Shown here: positions 11,338 to 24,900 of the stretch, one piece after another
Numbering within the stretch: the first letter of the stretch is position 1
Layout: each line of letters begins with the position of its first letter
Source: Chrysemys picta bellii
Taxonomy: Eukaryota
Direction of reading: 5' to 3'
DNA: 64,000 nt
NCBI RefSeq assembly: GCF_011386835.1
Contig: NC_088798.1
Span: forward strand, 108,066,001-108,130,000
Program-made: the position numbers and the translations under genes
Notes under the pieces: model-generated
Database searches by the model: none
Told to the model about the DNA's origin: nothing
What the model saw: only the letters and a program-made list of their open reading frames with translations

Positions 11338-14147
11338 TAGTATGAGTTCAAGAGGCCCCATAGTTGAAGTGCAGGTTTTATTCTCCCATTGATACATGTA
11401 CATAACTGTCACAAACAACTGGAGTCATGTATGTGCATCGAGGGAAAAATGGTGGTCTGCTATTTATGTCTTTGTTATTGGTAACTAGATTTTATATTAC
11501 ATTGTTCAACAAGTTTTGAGGTTTTGGGGGAAGGGGGTTGTTTGTTTTTTAGTAAAAGTGATTGACCAGATGCCTTTAACATGGTTGCTCAGAAAAAAGC
11601 AGCAGCTTTCTCTCCTTTGAAAACATCTCTATTTTCAAAGTGTCACTTTACACTTTATACATTGGAGGTTAGAGCTAATCAATATTTTTATTCTATTTTT
11701 CTATTTTGTAAACCATTTTCCAATTTTGAAACAGGAGAACAATCAAAACTAATTAAATAGAAAGATTTAAATCTCAAGCATACAAAGGCTACTTTTTAAA
11801 GTGACATGTGAAAACAGAAATGCACATTGATATTTTTTGGCTGTGGAATAGGGACAGCACTATCATTATGCTTTCAGTCACCATTAATTTACAACTGAGC
11901 ACTCCTCTCTTAATGCGTCTTTCAGCCATTCAAATATTCCTTTTATTTAAAGGTGGACTGAGAAAACAAAAGCAGGCTCACCCGCCCGATTTGTGGGAAT
12001 GGGAAAGTACCATCCTACAATCAAGGAAATTTCTTGTTTTTATTACTGAGTTCTGATATGGAGCCATCACTAAATCTGATATCCCAGTCACCTACCAGGA
12101 TGCATACAACTTACTCATCCCAGAGGCCAAGAGGATCTCTTTTCTTTCCTAATAGTGCCATAAAGCAAATCTTACAACGAAGCAAAGCTATTCCAGTTAG
12201 GAGGAATTCAGAGGGATTCATAATTTTTTCATCTGCCTCATCATGTTGCTTCCAGAAAATGAGGAAGAGAAAATGGCCATCAGCCAGCTCTACCTCTAAA
12301 CCCTGTAAATGTGCTCACTGTTCACCCACGGGGAAGAGAAAACCAGGCACCAATGGTCCACACTTTAAGGTTTCCACTAAAACAGATCATGGCAGTCTAT
12401 GCTACCACACATGGGGGGAGGGAAGGGAAAGCAGTTGCTGCATAGTTTAGTTAGAAGCTGAAATTAGAGGGTGCATACATAGAATCTGAGTGCAGAAGTC
12501 TTCCTTTGGAATTCAAATTATTTAGTGACAGCTGCGATGCTTATGTATAGATTACTTAGAAAGGGGCAATCCTGATTAGAAATTTACAATGGATAGAAAT
12601 TAGTTATGCTTCTGGGAAGAAAGCATGTATACAACACCCTATTTTATAATGCACTGTCGTAGGCAGCATTATCTGGAGGAAATAGCACAGCATTGGGGGT
12701 AAAGCACATCTGAGTTTTAATCCTGGTTCTGCTGCACTCACACTGTGTAGTGCTGGGCAAGACACTTCACCTCTGCCTGACTTCCCTTAGCTATAAAATG
12801 AAAGCAAGGCTTAGCTACTTGAGAGCTATCAAAGTTAGTTCATTTCTGAAGAGCACTCTAAAGATGCTCAGATCAGGCACTTGAACTAAGATTCGTATAC
12901 AGTACATATAGTGCTTATCTTGGTTCTAAGTGCTATATTTTTACACCCCATACAAGGGTAAGAGTTTCAACCAAATTGGGTCCTGTTCCATAACTAGGCT
13001 CCGAGGAACTATAGAAACAAAAATAAATAATAATTAAGGAGCTCTAAGATCAAGTCATCACAGGAATAAAGCTGGAGTGCATGAGTTATGACACACAAGC
13101 TTCCCAAAGTCTTCCTGATCGCAATTGCCTTTTAAAATTTAAAATTATGTGCCCAATTAGATCACTCCACTGACTGAGCATTCTAACACCACAGAATGAC
13201 GTTACCCATTAAATGCAATTACATATTGCAGATCTTAGTACAAGAGGTTACAAATCATCAGTGGTACAATGTCTACTAATGCACACAAGGTACAGTAGTA
13301 AGTTAAGGGACAAAGTGGCACATTTTGGAAAGTAATTTCTTCAAGCCATCCTAACCATCTTTATGAATACCAGGCAATTAGAGCTACCTTCATTTGTCTA
13401 TATGAACCATAAGATTTCATTAATATTGAAGGTCAGGTATTTCAAGATCTTAAACCATAGAAACTGCCATACTGGATCCAACTGCGGTGCACCCAAAACC
13501 AATACCCTTATGACGGCCAGATGCTTCAAATGGAAGTTTTAAGAAACCCTGTAATAGGCAATTATGGAATAACTTGCCAGCAGACACAATTCTTCCTTAC
13601 CCCAGCAGAGGTTGTATACGCTTTTGTCCAGAAGCATATGGGTTTATTTACTTTCCAAGATGGCAGAGGGCAGATTCCACTGCCACATTGTGCTTCCTGG
13701 AAACTGAGGAATCAGAGTAATTTAGCAAAACAAAATCACACCAAAAGGGTGAAACACAGCTTCACTGTAGAGGGAAAAAAATAATTCATCTGTTTTAATG
13801 ATTACCATGATTTACTCAGTTTTATGGGTATTCATGTAAACCAAGTGTCCTGCACTCAAATCTATTTTGTGTAATACATGTATATATTTGTGTGTATATT
13901 ACTACACCCACTTATCTTGCATTAAAAACATTGCTTCACTTTCTTAGATCTACCGCTTATTTTCCGGGCGATAATTTACTGGTACATTTTGGATGGAGGA
14001 AAAATAGCTTTGCCACAAAAATAGCACATGGGCACAGAGATGCAGAATGTATGTTCTTTCAAAAATAAGTAATTTATATTACAATATTAAATTACATGCA
14101 CTAGTAACTAGAGGGATTCATTTAGAAAGTTAGACGAGTAGGTAGAG

Positions 14148-14481
14148 CAGGGGTCAGCAACGTTTGGCACGCGGCTCGCCAGGGTAGGCACCCTGGCGGG
14201 CCGGGCCAGTTTATTTTCCTGCTGACGCAGCAGGTTCGGCCGATCGCGGCCCCCAATGGCCGCGGTTCGCCGTCCCGGGCCAATGGGGGTGGCGGGAAGC
14301 TGCGGCCAGCACATCGCTCGCCCGCACCGCTTCCCGCCACCCCCATTGGCCCGGGACGGCGAACCGCGGCCAGTGGGGGCCGCGATTGGCCGAACCCGCC
14401 GCGTCAGCAGGTAAATAAACTGGCCCGGCCCGCCAAGGTGCTTACCCTGGCGAGCCGCGTGCCAAACGTTGCTGACCCCTG
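14148..14481. mobile_element. Fully palindromic hAT MITE (153-bp arms, 28-nt loop)
   Basis: The arms differ at 7 of 153 positions; TIR caggggtcagcaac; 8-bp TSD AGGTAGAG/AGGTAGAC; CpGs retained. Confidence 0.93.
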
Positions 14482-16451
14482 AGGTAGACTGACTACTTGA
14501 AATTAAGCTGGAACTGTTCTTTTTGTTACTAAGCTATTCATTCAGCCCTACAAGAAACAAGGGCTTTGGGAAAGATGTTGCCTGTGACAACCGTGCTTAG
14601 CAGACACAGTTACATTCTGTGCTTGTATGCATCATATAGCTTCACAATGAGCTTTCTTCTCAATCCCAACACTACGTTCCTTCTCTCTCTCAGAAGGACT
14701 GGTAAGAGCAGAGAGGAAAAGTACATACAAGGACGGAGACAGTAACAATCACCTTGCTTGTAATAAGGATACAAAATGCTCACTGTTAAAGCAGTTATCA
14801 CCAGGCGGTTTCATAAAGCAGCAATGGGAGGATAACTCATGCAGTGAGGGTTAACTGTCCCTTACATACAGTGATCAAAATGCTCCTTGCTCTAGAGATC
14901 TTACTTATGCATAACAAAATAAATCTTAAATATAAGGTAAAATGAAATGACCCTGGAGCTAGAGGGGAGTTTACAGGAAGGTCAGACAGCTGTAGATAAG
15001 TACTAGACTGTTATTTACCCTTCAGCTGGATAGATCATGTGATAGATCATTTACCATAATACCGGCTATTACTAAGCCAATGAGCAATAACTTAGTCACG
15101 GAAGGGCTGAATACTCTGGGTGGACAAATCCATAAACCAAAAAGAAAACTGCCTGTAAACAGGCTCAGCAATTACAGGCATAAGGAAAAATTGCTGAAAG
15201 TAGTTAAGTGAGGTGATTTAAATCACACAGTGGGTAATGAGAAGTAAGGCCCTACTTACATCTTGGTCAAACATCAGCAAAAAATACAAGCAACAGGGAA
15301 TTGGAAGTGAAATATAAGCCATATAACTGTAGAGTAAACTACTGATAGGCAATACTATTTAATCACTAAACATGGTGCAGACTTAACATGGGCTGATACA
15401 CAAGCACGTGTGACTAGGCGCCAGGGACTCCAGAGTACTATCCTTCATTACCATTGTCTCACGTACAGAGCTGAGCACTTAATACGAGTGCAAACATTAC
15501 TACCCATTGTAAACTGGGACATACACACTTGCTCTGCATATCAAAACACAGAAGTTACCTAAATGCATGTATTTGGCACGACAGTAATAGTGAAATATGT
15601 TTCCATAAATATCCCACTTGAAGTAGGGCCTACAGTGATATGGAACTATGCATTGTCATGTGGGAGTAGAGCTATATATACGCATTTACCTCTAAAGCCA
15701 ACAGCGAGGTGGCATGTTGAAGTGTTGTGGAGGTGACACGTTCACCCTGGGGAGGGGTATGGTCAAGTTTCAACTATCAAAGCGCCAAAGCAATTCTATG
15801 ATGTCATCCAAGACTGATTATGTAACTATGGGATCAGAACCCATCGGGGGGGGGGGGGGGGAGGAGAGAGATCTATATAAGGGCAGGGAATTCAGAATTC
15901 AAGATCTCCCTCACCCCTTTAATTAATCTGTATGTCCAAGTATCTCCAAAACACAAGCAGAGTAGTGACCAATCTTCTGGCTATCAATCTTCTGTACTAC
16001 TAACTCATACATCTAAACTGTAATCCAAATGAAGACAGACAGTCTGAAAACTTTTGGATCATCCCGTGCTCATTACATTAATATTTTTCAGTGCGACACC
16101 TATTTTGTCTAGGCCATTCCTGGTTTTAGAGCTTCCAAACCTCTTTTTTCAAGATTACTTTCTCCTTATAGGAGAATGTTAATTTTTAAATTGCTAAAAT
16201 ATCAGATTGTCTAACATTTTGTACTATTATCAATTCATTTCTCACTCCAGAAGCCATGGGCATTCAGGAGATAACAGAAGCTTGGAGCAGTAAAATAATG
16301 AAATGCTGCAGAAAGTGAAACCCCTGGCTATAAAGTCAACAGACTGAGATCTGATTGTTGCTTGTCACAATAGGTCCAAGGTTAAGTAGGATGGAGGGAA
16401 AAAGTTATCAATGTGCGCTAAAAGCCTGTGATGGGAGCTTCTTAGACAATA

Positions 16452-16677
16452 CAGGCGAGTCTCATCTTACGCGGGGGTTCCGTTCCGCAGTTAGCGCGTA
16501 AAGTGAAAACCGCGTATAGTCAAAATTACATTGAGTTGAATGGCGGGCGGAATTGCCCGCACTACAAGTACAGTATTAAAATTGTTATTTTTCTCTTTTT
16601 TGTTTTTTTTTGTTTTTTGCCAACCACGTAAAGCTGAAATCGCGCATGTTAAATGCGCGTAAGATGCGACAGACCTG
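16452..16677. mobile_element. Tc1/mariner (Tigger-like) MITE
   Basis: TIRs caggcgagtctcatcttacgcg / cgcgtaagatgcgacagacctg with TA...CA flanks. Confidence 0.7.
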
Positions 16678-17025
16678 CACACAAAGTTACAATGACATGT
16701 TATATTTACGCATCAGCTTTTATTCCCCCACAGGATCCCGAACTGTTTTTCAAACTATAGAAACACAAACACATAGGAATCGTGTCCACACTACTTTAAA
16801 TGCAGGCACTTCAGGGGAAGAACACATTTGTTGTTTAAACAGGGCATAGCAACAATATGCAAATAATTCATTCAGGACAGTAAATTAAGAATACTGCATC
16901 CAACTGAAAGCAGAAGAGGGATTCGGGTAGTCAAAACATACGTACAATTACCAGTACCTAAATTAGAATTTAGCAAGGATATTAGAGCTAGCATTTCCAT
17001 TCCTTTGAAAAGTACCAAGGGATTT

Positions 17026-17415
17026 TAAGAACATAAGAACGGCCATACTGGGTCAGACCAAAGGTCCACGTAGCCCAGTAGCCTGTCTTCTGACAGGGGC
17101 CAATGCCAGGTGCCCCAGAGGGAATGAACAGAACAGGTAATGATCATGTGATCCATCCCGTGTCGCCCATTCCCAGCTTCTGGCAAACAGAGGCTAGGAA
17201 TACCATCTCTGCCCATCCTGGCTAACAGCCATTGATGGACCGATCCTTCATGAACTTATCTAGTTCTTTTTTGAACCCTGTTATAGTCTTGGTTTCACAA
17301 CATCCTCTGGCAAAGAGTTCCACAGGTTGACTGTGCGTTGTGTGAAGAAATACTTCCTGTTTGTTTTAAACCTGCTGCTATTAATTTCATTTGGTGACCT
17401 CTAGTTTTTGTGTTA
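17026..17415 (-). mobile_element. CR1 3' end fragment
   Basis: Starts with the (aagaacat)n tail complement, followed by CR1 3' UTR and ORF2 end homologous to 1420-1660. Confidence 0.9.
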
Positions 17416-19879
17416 GTTTAGTAACAGGGGTGGGTTTTTTTGGACTGCGTCTTGTTTTAAACTTTCCTTTATAAGCTTCTTTGGAAAAACCTTTTATAGA
17501 ATACAAAGCATTGCACACAACAAAACTGAAAAAAGGAAACTGCAAGATACATAATAATTACAAAATATTCAGTCCCCATAGTTAAAACGTGCCAACATCA
17601 AGGTCTGAAATGTATGTTTCACCCAAGAGACTAAGGCCAGGTTCCCACTACAAACTTTTGTCATGGGTGTGATGAGGTGTGACTTGATTGTGCTTTTGAT
17701 GGCATAGGTGATTTTACTTGCAGGGGCTGGGCTTAAATAAACAAAGCCAACAAAAGCACAGATTTCCTGGTATCAGCTGCCTCAACACTAGGATTGGACA
17801 GTATAATAGCACAGCTATACTGGCAAAGCACTACTAAAGTAGACCTTGACCTAAGTTTCTGACGGCACAGCACTCCATAACATTCTGCCAGGGCACTGGT
17901 TCAGCAGTGACTCAGAGGGGAGGGTGGGACCTGAATCACCAAGATCACATCATGCAACACCCTAGATTTTTCTTGGGCAGGAAGAAGAGAGCTCTGCCAT
18001 TTAAATACTGACCAGAATCAATCCTGTTTGGTGGTAGGACAGAGAACAAGATGACAGCTCAATGCAGTAGGGCTGCAGTCAAAGAGTTTATTGTTTTGTT
18101 TAACATATTACCTAGTTTTTAAAAAAATAAACTAACTTCCAAATGACACAAACTCACAGAATCAAAGGTTTCATCTGTTCCAATGTTAATTTACTTACAA
18201 GTTAATAACTAAAAATGGCAATTTATTCCAAAAAAAGATGAGAAAATTCAAGTCAGAGGCCTGCAAGCAGTATTAAGCTCTGCAGACAGACAGTTCCTCA
18301 TACTAATACCACACATTTGAGCAATACTTGTACAGATTGTAATATTTAGTAGCCTATGTTTTAAATTACTTTTGAACATCTGTGAAAAATATGCTTATTA
18401 GAGACAGTGGGGATCAAATTAAAGGTACAAAATCCCCTCCATATATAGCAACAAACCTACATTATCCATTTGGTTTAGGCCCCAAACTATTTTCAACTGG
18501 CCAGTAAAGACATGGCATGAAATTATTGTTCATGTACAACTACTCAATAAACCCATAAATTTTACAAGAAAAAAGTGTGAAGCCTATTAAAAGGTTATAT
18601 TAATAGCTAAAAATACTCAGGTCACACAGTGGAAACTGGAATAGTGTCTTCCCAAAACTTAAAGGGATATGATCAGGTAGTTAAAATAAAATTTTTTATT
18701 AAAACACAATCTCACAAAACTTCAGTTAAAATAGAAATATTTTCATGAAATTGAAGTAATCAAGAGAAAATTTGTTTGGATGTAAATATTCCTCTCTAGT
18801 GTTTGGTTTGCAACCACCACCGCCTGGGTCCCAACCTGCAATTTGTTATGCATGGGTCCCCGCACCAACATGGAGCCAAGTGAATGGGGTTCTGTGTGGG
18901 CACAAGGGTCTACCCACATTAACAAACTGCAGGATCAATGCCTTGAAATGGAAACTCTTTGAGGACAGGACCAAGATTTTGTTATATGTATGAACAGTGC
19001 CTCGCATAATGGGAAGTTGACCCCGTTTTGGACATCTAGGTACTACTGCAAAGTGATGCTAGTGCAGGTAAATCAAAAAAGAAACTACATTGTCTAGTTT
19101 TACATCTAAACTGAGGGAAGCATATAAAGTAAACACCTTAAAAATGTTAATTATAAACTTGGATCTTTATTTACCCTTTTCATAATCTAAAGAACTATTC
19201 TGTCATCTCTTGTCATGCCCAGTCTATTTTCAGATTATAAACTCTATGGGGCAGAGAATGTGTTTTATACCTCTTCTGGAATTCATCTAGCACACTCAGA
19301 TGTTAATAACAAAATAAAAAAAAAATAAGTAGTAATAGTAGTAACTTAAAAACAAATGATTACTAACTCCACAATGTCTTTTTTAGAGAATGAGAGCCTA
19401 GAAAGTCTAGAAGTGGTTCTCCAATTTGACATCTGATATGACTGATCAAACAGAGCTCTAAGCCAGCAAAAGCCAAAGTGAAGGACACAGGTCATCGTGG
19501 TGTGGATCACAACCCAAAGAATAGAAATAAATGATTGAACGGAAGCCTTCTTTCGTTATCAAGATATTTCCAACATAAACCTTTTGTATGAATTTATAAC
19601 TGATCAGCAAGTTACAATAATAAGTAGGCCAAAATCAGCTTTACGTAGAACCAAAGTCTAGGAGATAAAATAAGCAAAAGCCTTCAAATGAAAGTTTTCA
19701 GAATTGTGTTTTCAAGTTACTTGCACAAATTTCAAGCCACTTCCTTATTTAAATCCCATTCTCCCTCTTCAAAGGAAGAAAGTGTTACTCTTGTTAAAAT
19801 TCAACACTGTAGAAAGAGAGGATTTTTTGAATGCCTGATTTTTAATAATTAAACAGAGTGGAGAAGCCACTATAATTGT

Positions 19880-20038
19880 CGAAGCCAGTGGATATGGCAC
19901 TAGACATGAATAAGGAGACTGAGTTCTAGTCCCAGCTCTTTCATTAAATATCTCAGCTTCCTTCCCCATCTAAAGGAGGATAATGATACTTATCCTGCTT
20001 TGTAAAGTACTTGAAGATCTATGGATGTAAAACACTAC
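19880..20038 (+). mobile_element. Decayed MIR/CORE-type tRNA SINE
   Basis: Head ...agactgagttctagtcccagctct, core cttccccatct...ataatgatactt and tail gtaaagtacttgaagatct. Confidence 0.5.
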
Positions 20039-20921
20039 AAGACATTTATGAAAAGGGCTTATTCTAGGCCTGTACAGCACCTAGCACAATGGAACCCTGA
20101 TCATGGCTGAGGCTTTCGGGTGCTACTGCAACAATAATGCTTTCAAGTTAAAAGTAATTTGCAACAGAAAAGCTTCCTCACATGGGTAATATTAGATCAC
20201 TAAAACCAAAAAGTATTTTAAAATAATTTATTTTTCACCTTTTGAACTATTTCTGCATTTCACTAAGGTTGAAAAAGTTTCACTTTCCGAGATTCATTTG
20301 GCACAATGTTGCATTGTTAGAGTTTAAAAGAAATACTGAAAATTAAATGAAACTTTCAGTTTTTAAATGTAAAGAAAGTCTATATTAATGTATAGTAAAG
20401 TGTGTTATGTATCTTTGTTTATAACAAAACCTATGCAAACAAAAACTAATCTGTGTCTGAACTCCCTGACAATGTCCTTTTAAAACCTGGAATTCAAGAT
20501 TGGCACAGGAACACTAGAAACTGAAGGCTGACAAAACCAGACATACCACTTTTTCTATCTATTAAAACTAGTGTCCGCCTTTGACAAGAGACAATTTCTG
20601 TCATAAAAAGGAGACTCAGCAGAGAAGAGGTAAACAACTTCCTCAGAAAAAGTCTTACACCCTGCATTCTTAAAATATCAACTTTGTTTCCTGTCCTAGA
20701 AAAGTCTCAGTTGTGTACTGAGTTAGGGTGCACCAGGAAGCAAAATGAATACTTAACCAGTGTTAATAAGAAGCCGGCTCTTCAGCTGACTGTTCTAAAG
20801 CAGGATGGTTAAAAACTTCCGACAAACTAGAGTAACTGAAGATTAAATCAAATAGAGTCTCATGTTTTGAAAGCAGATTCTTAACTTTTAAGATCAGAAG
20901 TGACTATTAGATCATGTAGTC

Positions 20922-21231
20922 CAGGGATAGGCAACCTACGGCACGCAAGCTGATTTTCAGTGGCACTCACACTGCCTGGGTCCTGGCCACCGGTCCGGAG
21001 GGGTGGGGGGTGGGGTTTCTCTCTGCATTTTAATGTAATTTTAAATGAAGCTTCTTAAACATTTTAAAAACCGTATTTACTTTACATACAACAATAGTTT
21101 AGTTCTATATTATAGACTTATAGAAAGAGACCTTCTAAAAATGTTAAAATGTATTACTGGCATGCAAAACCTTAAATTACAGTGAATAAATGAAGACTCA
21201 GCACACCTCTTCTGAAAGGTTGCCGACCCCG
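20922..21231. mobile_element. hAT MITE inserted into a CR1-type 3' tail remnant
   Basis: TIRs cagggataggcaacc / ggttgccgaccccg and a perfect 8-bp TSD ATGTAGTC. The flanks rejoin as gatcatgtagtc|taacctcctgtatagcacagg. Confidence 0.88.
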
Positions 21232-21554
21232 ATGTAGTCTAACCTCCTGTATAGCACAGGCTATAGAATTTCATCCAGTTACTCCTGTACTGAAGCTGAT
21301 CGCTCATGCAAAGTTGCAACAAGTTTACCATTAAATAAAAACTGCATTCTCTGATGCAGACACATTTTGGGTGAAATTCTCAGTCTTTTCTCCACCACAA
21401 CAAATAAGGAATGGCAGAGAAACACACTAAGTGATAACTCATGTCGAGCTACATTCTTCAAAATGAGACAAAGGTGATGGTCATGTTGATAGTAACCAGG
21501 CAGCCATGCCAGTGACAGAATTTCTCATGTGCAGCGTGTAACTATGCAAATAGC

Positions 21555-21890
21555 TGAGTCTACAGGTTAGGTTGCCCTAAGGCAGCTTACGTCAACCTAA
21601 TTCTGTAAGTATCTACACCAACGTAACTCACCCACTACATTGACTTAATAATTCCACCTCCAGAAGAGACGTAGCACTTCGGTCAATGTAATCAGGTCGA
21701 CACAGCATCAGTGTGGACACTGCATTGCTTACACTGACTGTTGCTACCTTTCAGAAGCCATCCCACAATGCCCATACTGACAGTTAAATCACTGCAAGCG
21801 CTCCTTGTGAGGACACGACACAAGGAGCATAGTGTGGACATGAAAACTAATTTAACTACTGTGGTGGCTGTATGTCGATCTAACTTAAAC
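21555..21890. mobile_element. Decayed Harbinger-type MITE
   Basis: Contains the gtctaca/gtgtggaca internal inverted motifs typical of the other copies in the window. Confidence 0.45.
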
Positions 21891-21915
21891 CAGCTTCATT
21901 TTGAAGTTAGGGGTG

Positions 21916-24900
21916 GCCATGACGGGATGGATGGAGGGGGCGGATGAGGCTGTGAGAGGGGTAGCAGCCATGAAGGGATGGATTGGGGGGGGCGGGGGCA
22001 GATGAGGCTGTGAGGGGGGCAGCAGCCATGACGGGATGGATGGATGGGGGGGCGGCAGATGAGGCTGTGAGGTGGCAGCAGCCATGATGGGATGGATGGG
22101 GGGGGGGGCAGATGAGGCTGTGAGGGACACCAGCCATGATGGGATGGATGGGAGGGGGGGCAGATGAGGCTGTGAGGAGGCACCAGCCCACGATGGGATG
22201 GATGGGTGGGGGGGGGCAGATGAGGCTGTGAGGAGGCACCAGCCACGATGGGATGGATGGGGGGGGGGGGGCAGATGAGGCTGTGAGGAGGCACCAGCCA
22301 CGATGGGATGGATGGGGGGGGGGGGGGCAGATGAGGCTGTGAGGAGGCACCAGCCACGATGGGATGGATGGGGGGGGGGGGGGGCAGATGAGGCTGTGAG
22401 GAGGCACCAGCCACGATGGGATGGATGGGGGGGGGGGGGGCAGATGAGGCTGTGAGGAGGCACCAGCCACGATGGGATGGATGGGGGGGGGGGGCAGATG
22501 AGGCTGTGAGGGGGCAGCAGCCACGACGGGATGGATGGGGGGGGGGGCAGATGAGGCTGTGAGGGGGCAGCAGCCACGACGGGATGGATGGGGGGGCAGA
22601 TGAGGCTGTGAGGGGGCAGCAGCCACGACGGGATGGATGGGGGGGCAGATGAGGCTGTGAGGGGGCAGCAGCCACGACGGGATGGATGGGGGGGCAGATG
22701 AGGCTGTGAGGGGGCAGCAACCACGACGGGATGGATGGGGGGGCAGATGAGGCTGTGAGGGGGCAGCAACCACGACGGGATAGGGTGGGGGTGGGGGGCA
22801 GATGAGGCTGTGAGGGGGCAGCAGCCATGACGGGATGGATGGGGGGGGCAGATGAGGCTGTGAGGGGGCAGCAGCCATGACGGGATGGATGGGGGGGGCA
22901 GATGAGGCTGTGAGGGGGCAGCAACCACGACGGGATAGGGTGGGGGTGGGGGGCAGATGAGGCTGTGAGGGGGCAGCAGCCATGACGGGATGGATGGGGG
23001 GGGCAGATGAGGCTGTGAGGGGGCAGCAGCCATGACGGGATGGATGGGGGGGGCAGATGAGGCTGTGAGGGGGCACCAGCCATGACGGGATGGATTGGGG
23101 GGGGGGGGGAAAGCAGATGAGGCTGTGAGGGGGCAGCAGCCACGACGGGATGGGTGGGGGTGGGGGCAGATGAGGCTGTGAGGGGGCAGCAGCCACGATG
23201 GGATGGATGGGGGGGGGGGCAGATGAGGCTGTGAGGAGGCACCAGCCACGATGGGATGGATGGGGGGGCAGATGAGGCTGTGAGGGGGCAGCAGCCACGA
23301 CGGGATGGATGGGGGGGCAGATGAGGCTGTGAGGGGGCAGCAGCCACGACGGGATGGATGGGGGGGCAGATGAGGCTGTGAGGGGGCAGCAGCCACGACG
23401 GGATGGATGGGGGGGCAGATGAGGCTGTGAGGGGGCAGCAACCACGATGGGATGGGGTGGGGGTGGGCAGATGAGGCTGTGAGGGGGCAGCAGCCACGAC
23501 GGGATAGGGTGGGGGTGGGGGGCAGATGAGGCTGTGAGGGGGCAGCAGCCATGACGGGATGGATGGGGGGGGCAGATGAGGCTGTGAGGGGGCACCAGCC
23601 ATGACGGGATGGATGGGGGGGGCAGATGAGGCTGTGAGGGGGCACCAGCCATGACGGGATGGATTGGGGGGGGGGGAAAGCAGATGAGGCTGTGAGGGGG
23701 GCAGCAGCCACGACGGGATGGGTGGGGGTGGGGGCAGATGAGGCTGTGAGGGGGCAGCAGCCACGACGGGATGGGTGGGGGTGGGGGCAGATGAGGCTGT
23801 GAGGGGGCAGCAGCCACGACGGGATAGGGTGGGGGTGGGGGGCAGATGAGGCTGTGAGGGGGCAGCAGCCATGACGGGATGGATGGGGGGGGCAGATGAG
23901 GCTGTGAGGGGGCACCAGCCATGACGGGATGGATTGGGGGGGGGGGGGGAAAGCAGATGAGGCTGTGAGGGGGCAGCAGCCACGACGGGATGGGTGGGGG
24001 TGGGGGCAGATGAGGCTGTGAGGGGGCAGCAGCCACGACGGGATGGGTGGGGGTGGGGGCAGATGAGGCTGTGAGGGGGCAGCAGCCACGACGGGATAGG
24101 GTGGGGGCAGATGAGGCTGTGAGGGGGCAGCAGCCACGACGGGATAGGGTGGGGGTGGGGGCAGATGAGGCTGTGAGGGGGCAGCAGCCACGACGGGATA
24201 GGGTGGGGGTGGGGGCAGATGAGGCTGTGAGGGGGCAGCAGCCATGACGGGATGGGGTGGGGGGGGGGGCAGATGAGGCTGTGAGGGGGCAGTAGCCATG
24301 ACGGGATGGATGGGGGGGGCAGCAGATGAGGCTGTGAGGGGGCAGCAGCCATGACGGGATGTGGTGGGGGGGGCAGATGAGGCTGTGAGGGGGCAGCAGC
24401 CATGACGGGATGGATGGGGGGGGCAGATGAGGCTGTGAGGGGGCACCAGCCATGACGGGATGGATTGGGGGGGGGGGGAAAGCAGATGAGGCTGTGAGGG
24501 GGCAGCAGCCACGACGGGATGGGTGGGGGTGGGGGCAGATGAGGCTGTGAGGGGGCAGCAGCCACGACGGGATGGGTGGGGGTGGGGGCAGATGAGGCTG
24601 TGAGGGGGCAGCAGCCACGACGGGATAGGGTGGGGGCAGATGAGGCTGTGAGGGGGCAGCAGCCACGACGGGATAGGGTGGGGGTGGGGGCAGATGAGGC
24701 TGTGAGGGGGCAGCAGCCACGACGGGATAGGGTGGGGGTGGGGGCAGATGAGGCTGTGAGGGGGCAGCAGCCATGACGGGATGGGGTGGGGGGGGGGGCA
24801 GATGAGGCTGTGAGGGGGCAGTAGCCATGACGGGATGGATGGGGGGGGCAGCAGATGAGGCTGTGAGGGGGCAGCAGCCACGACGGGATGGATGGGGGGG

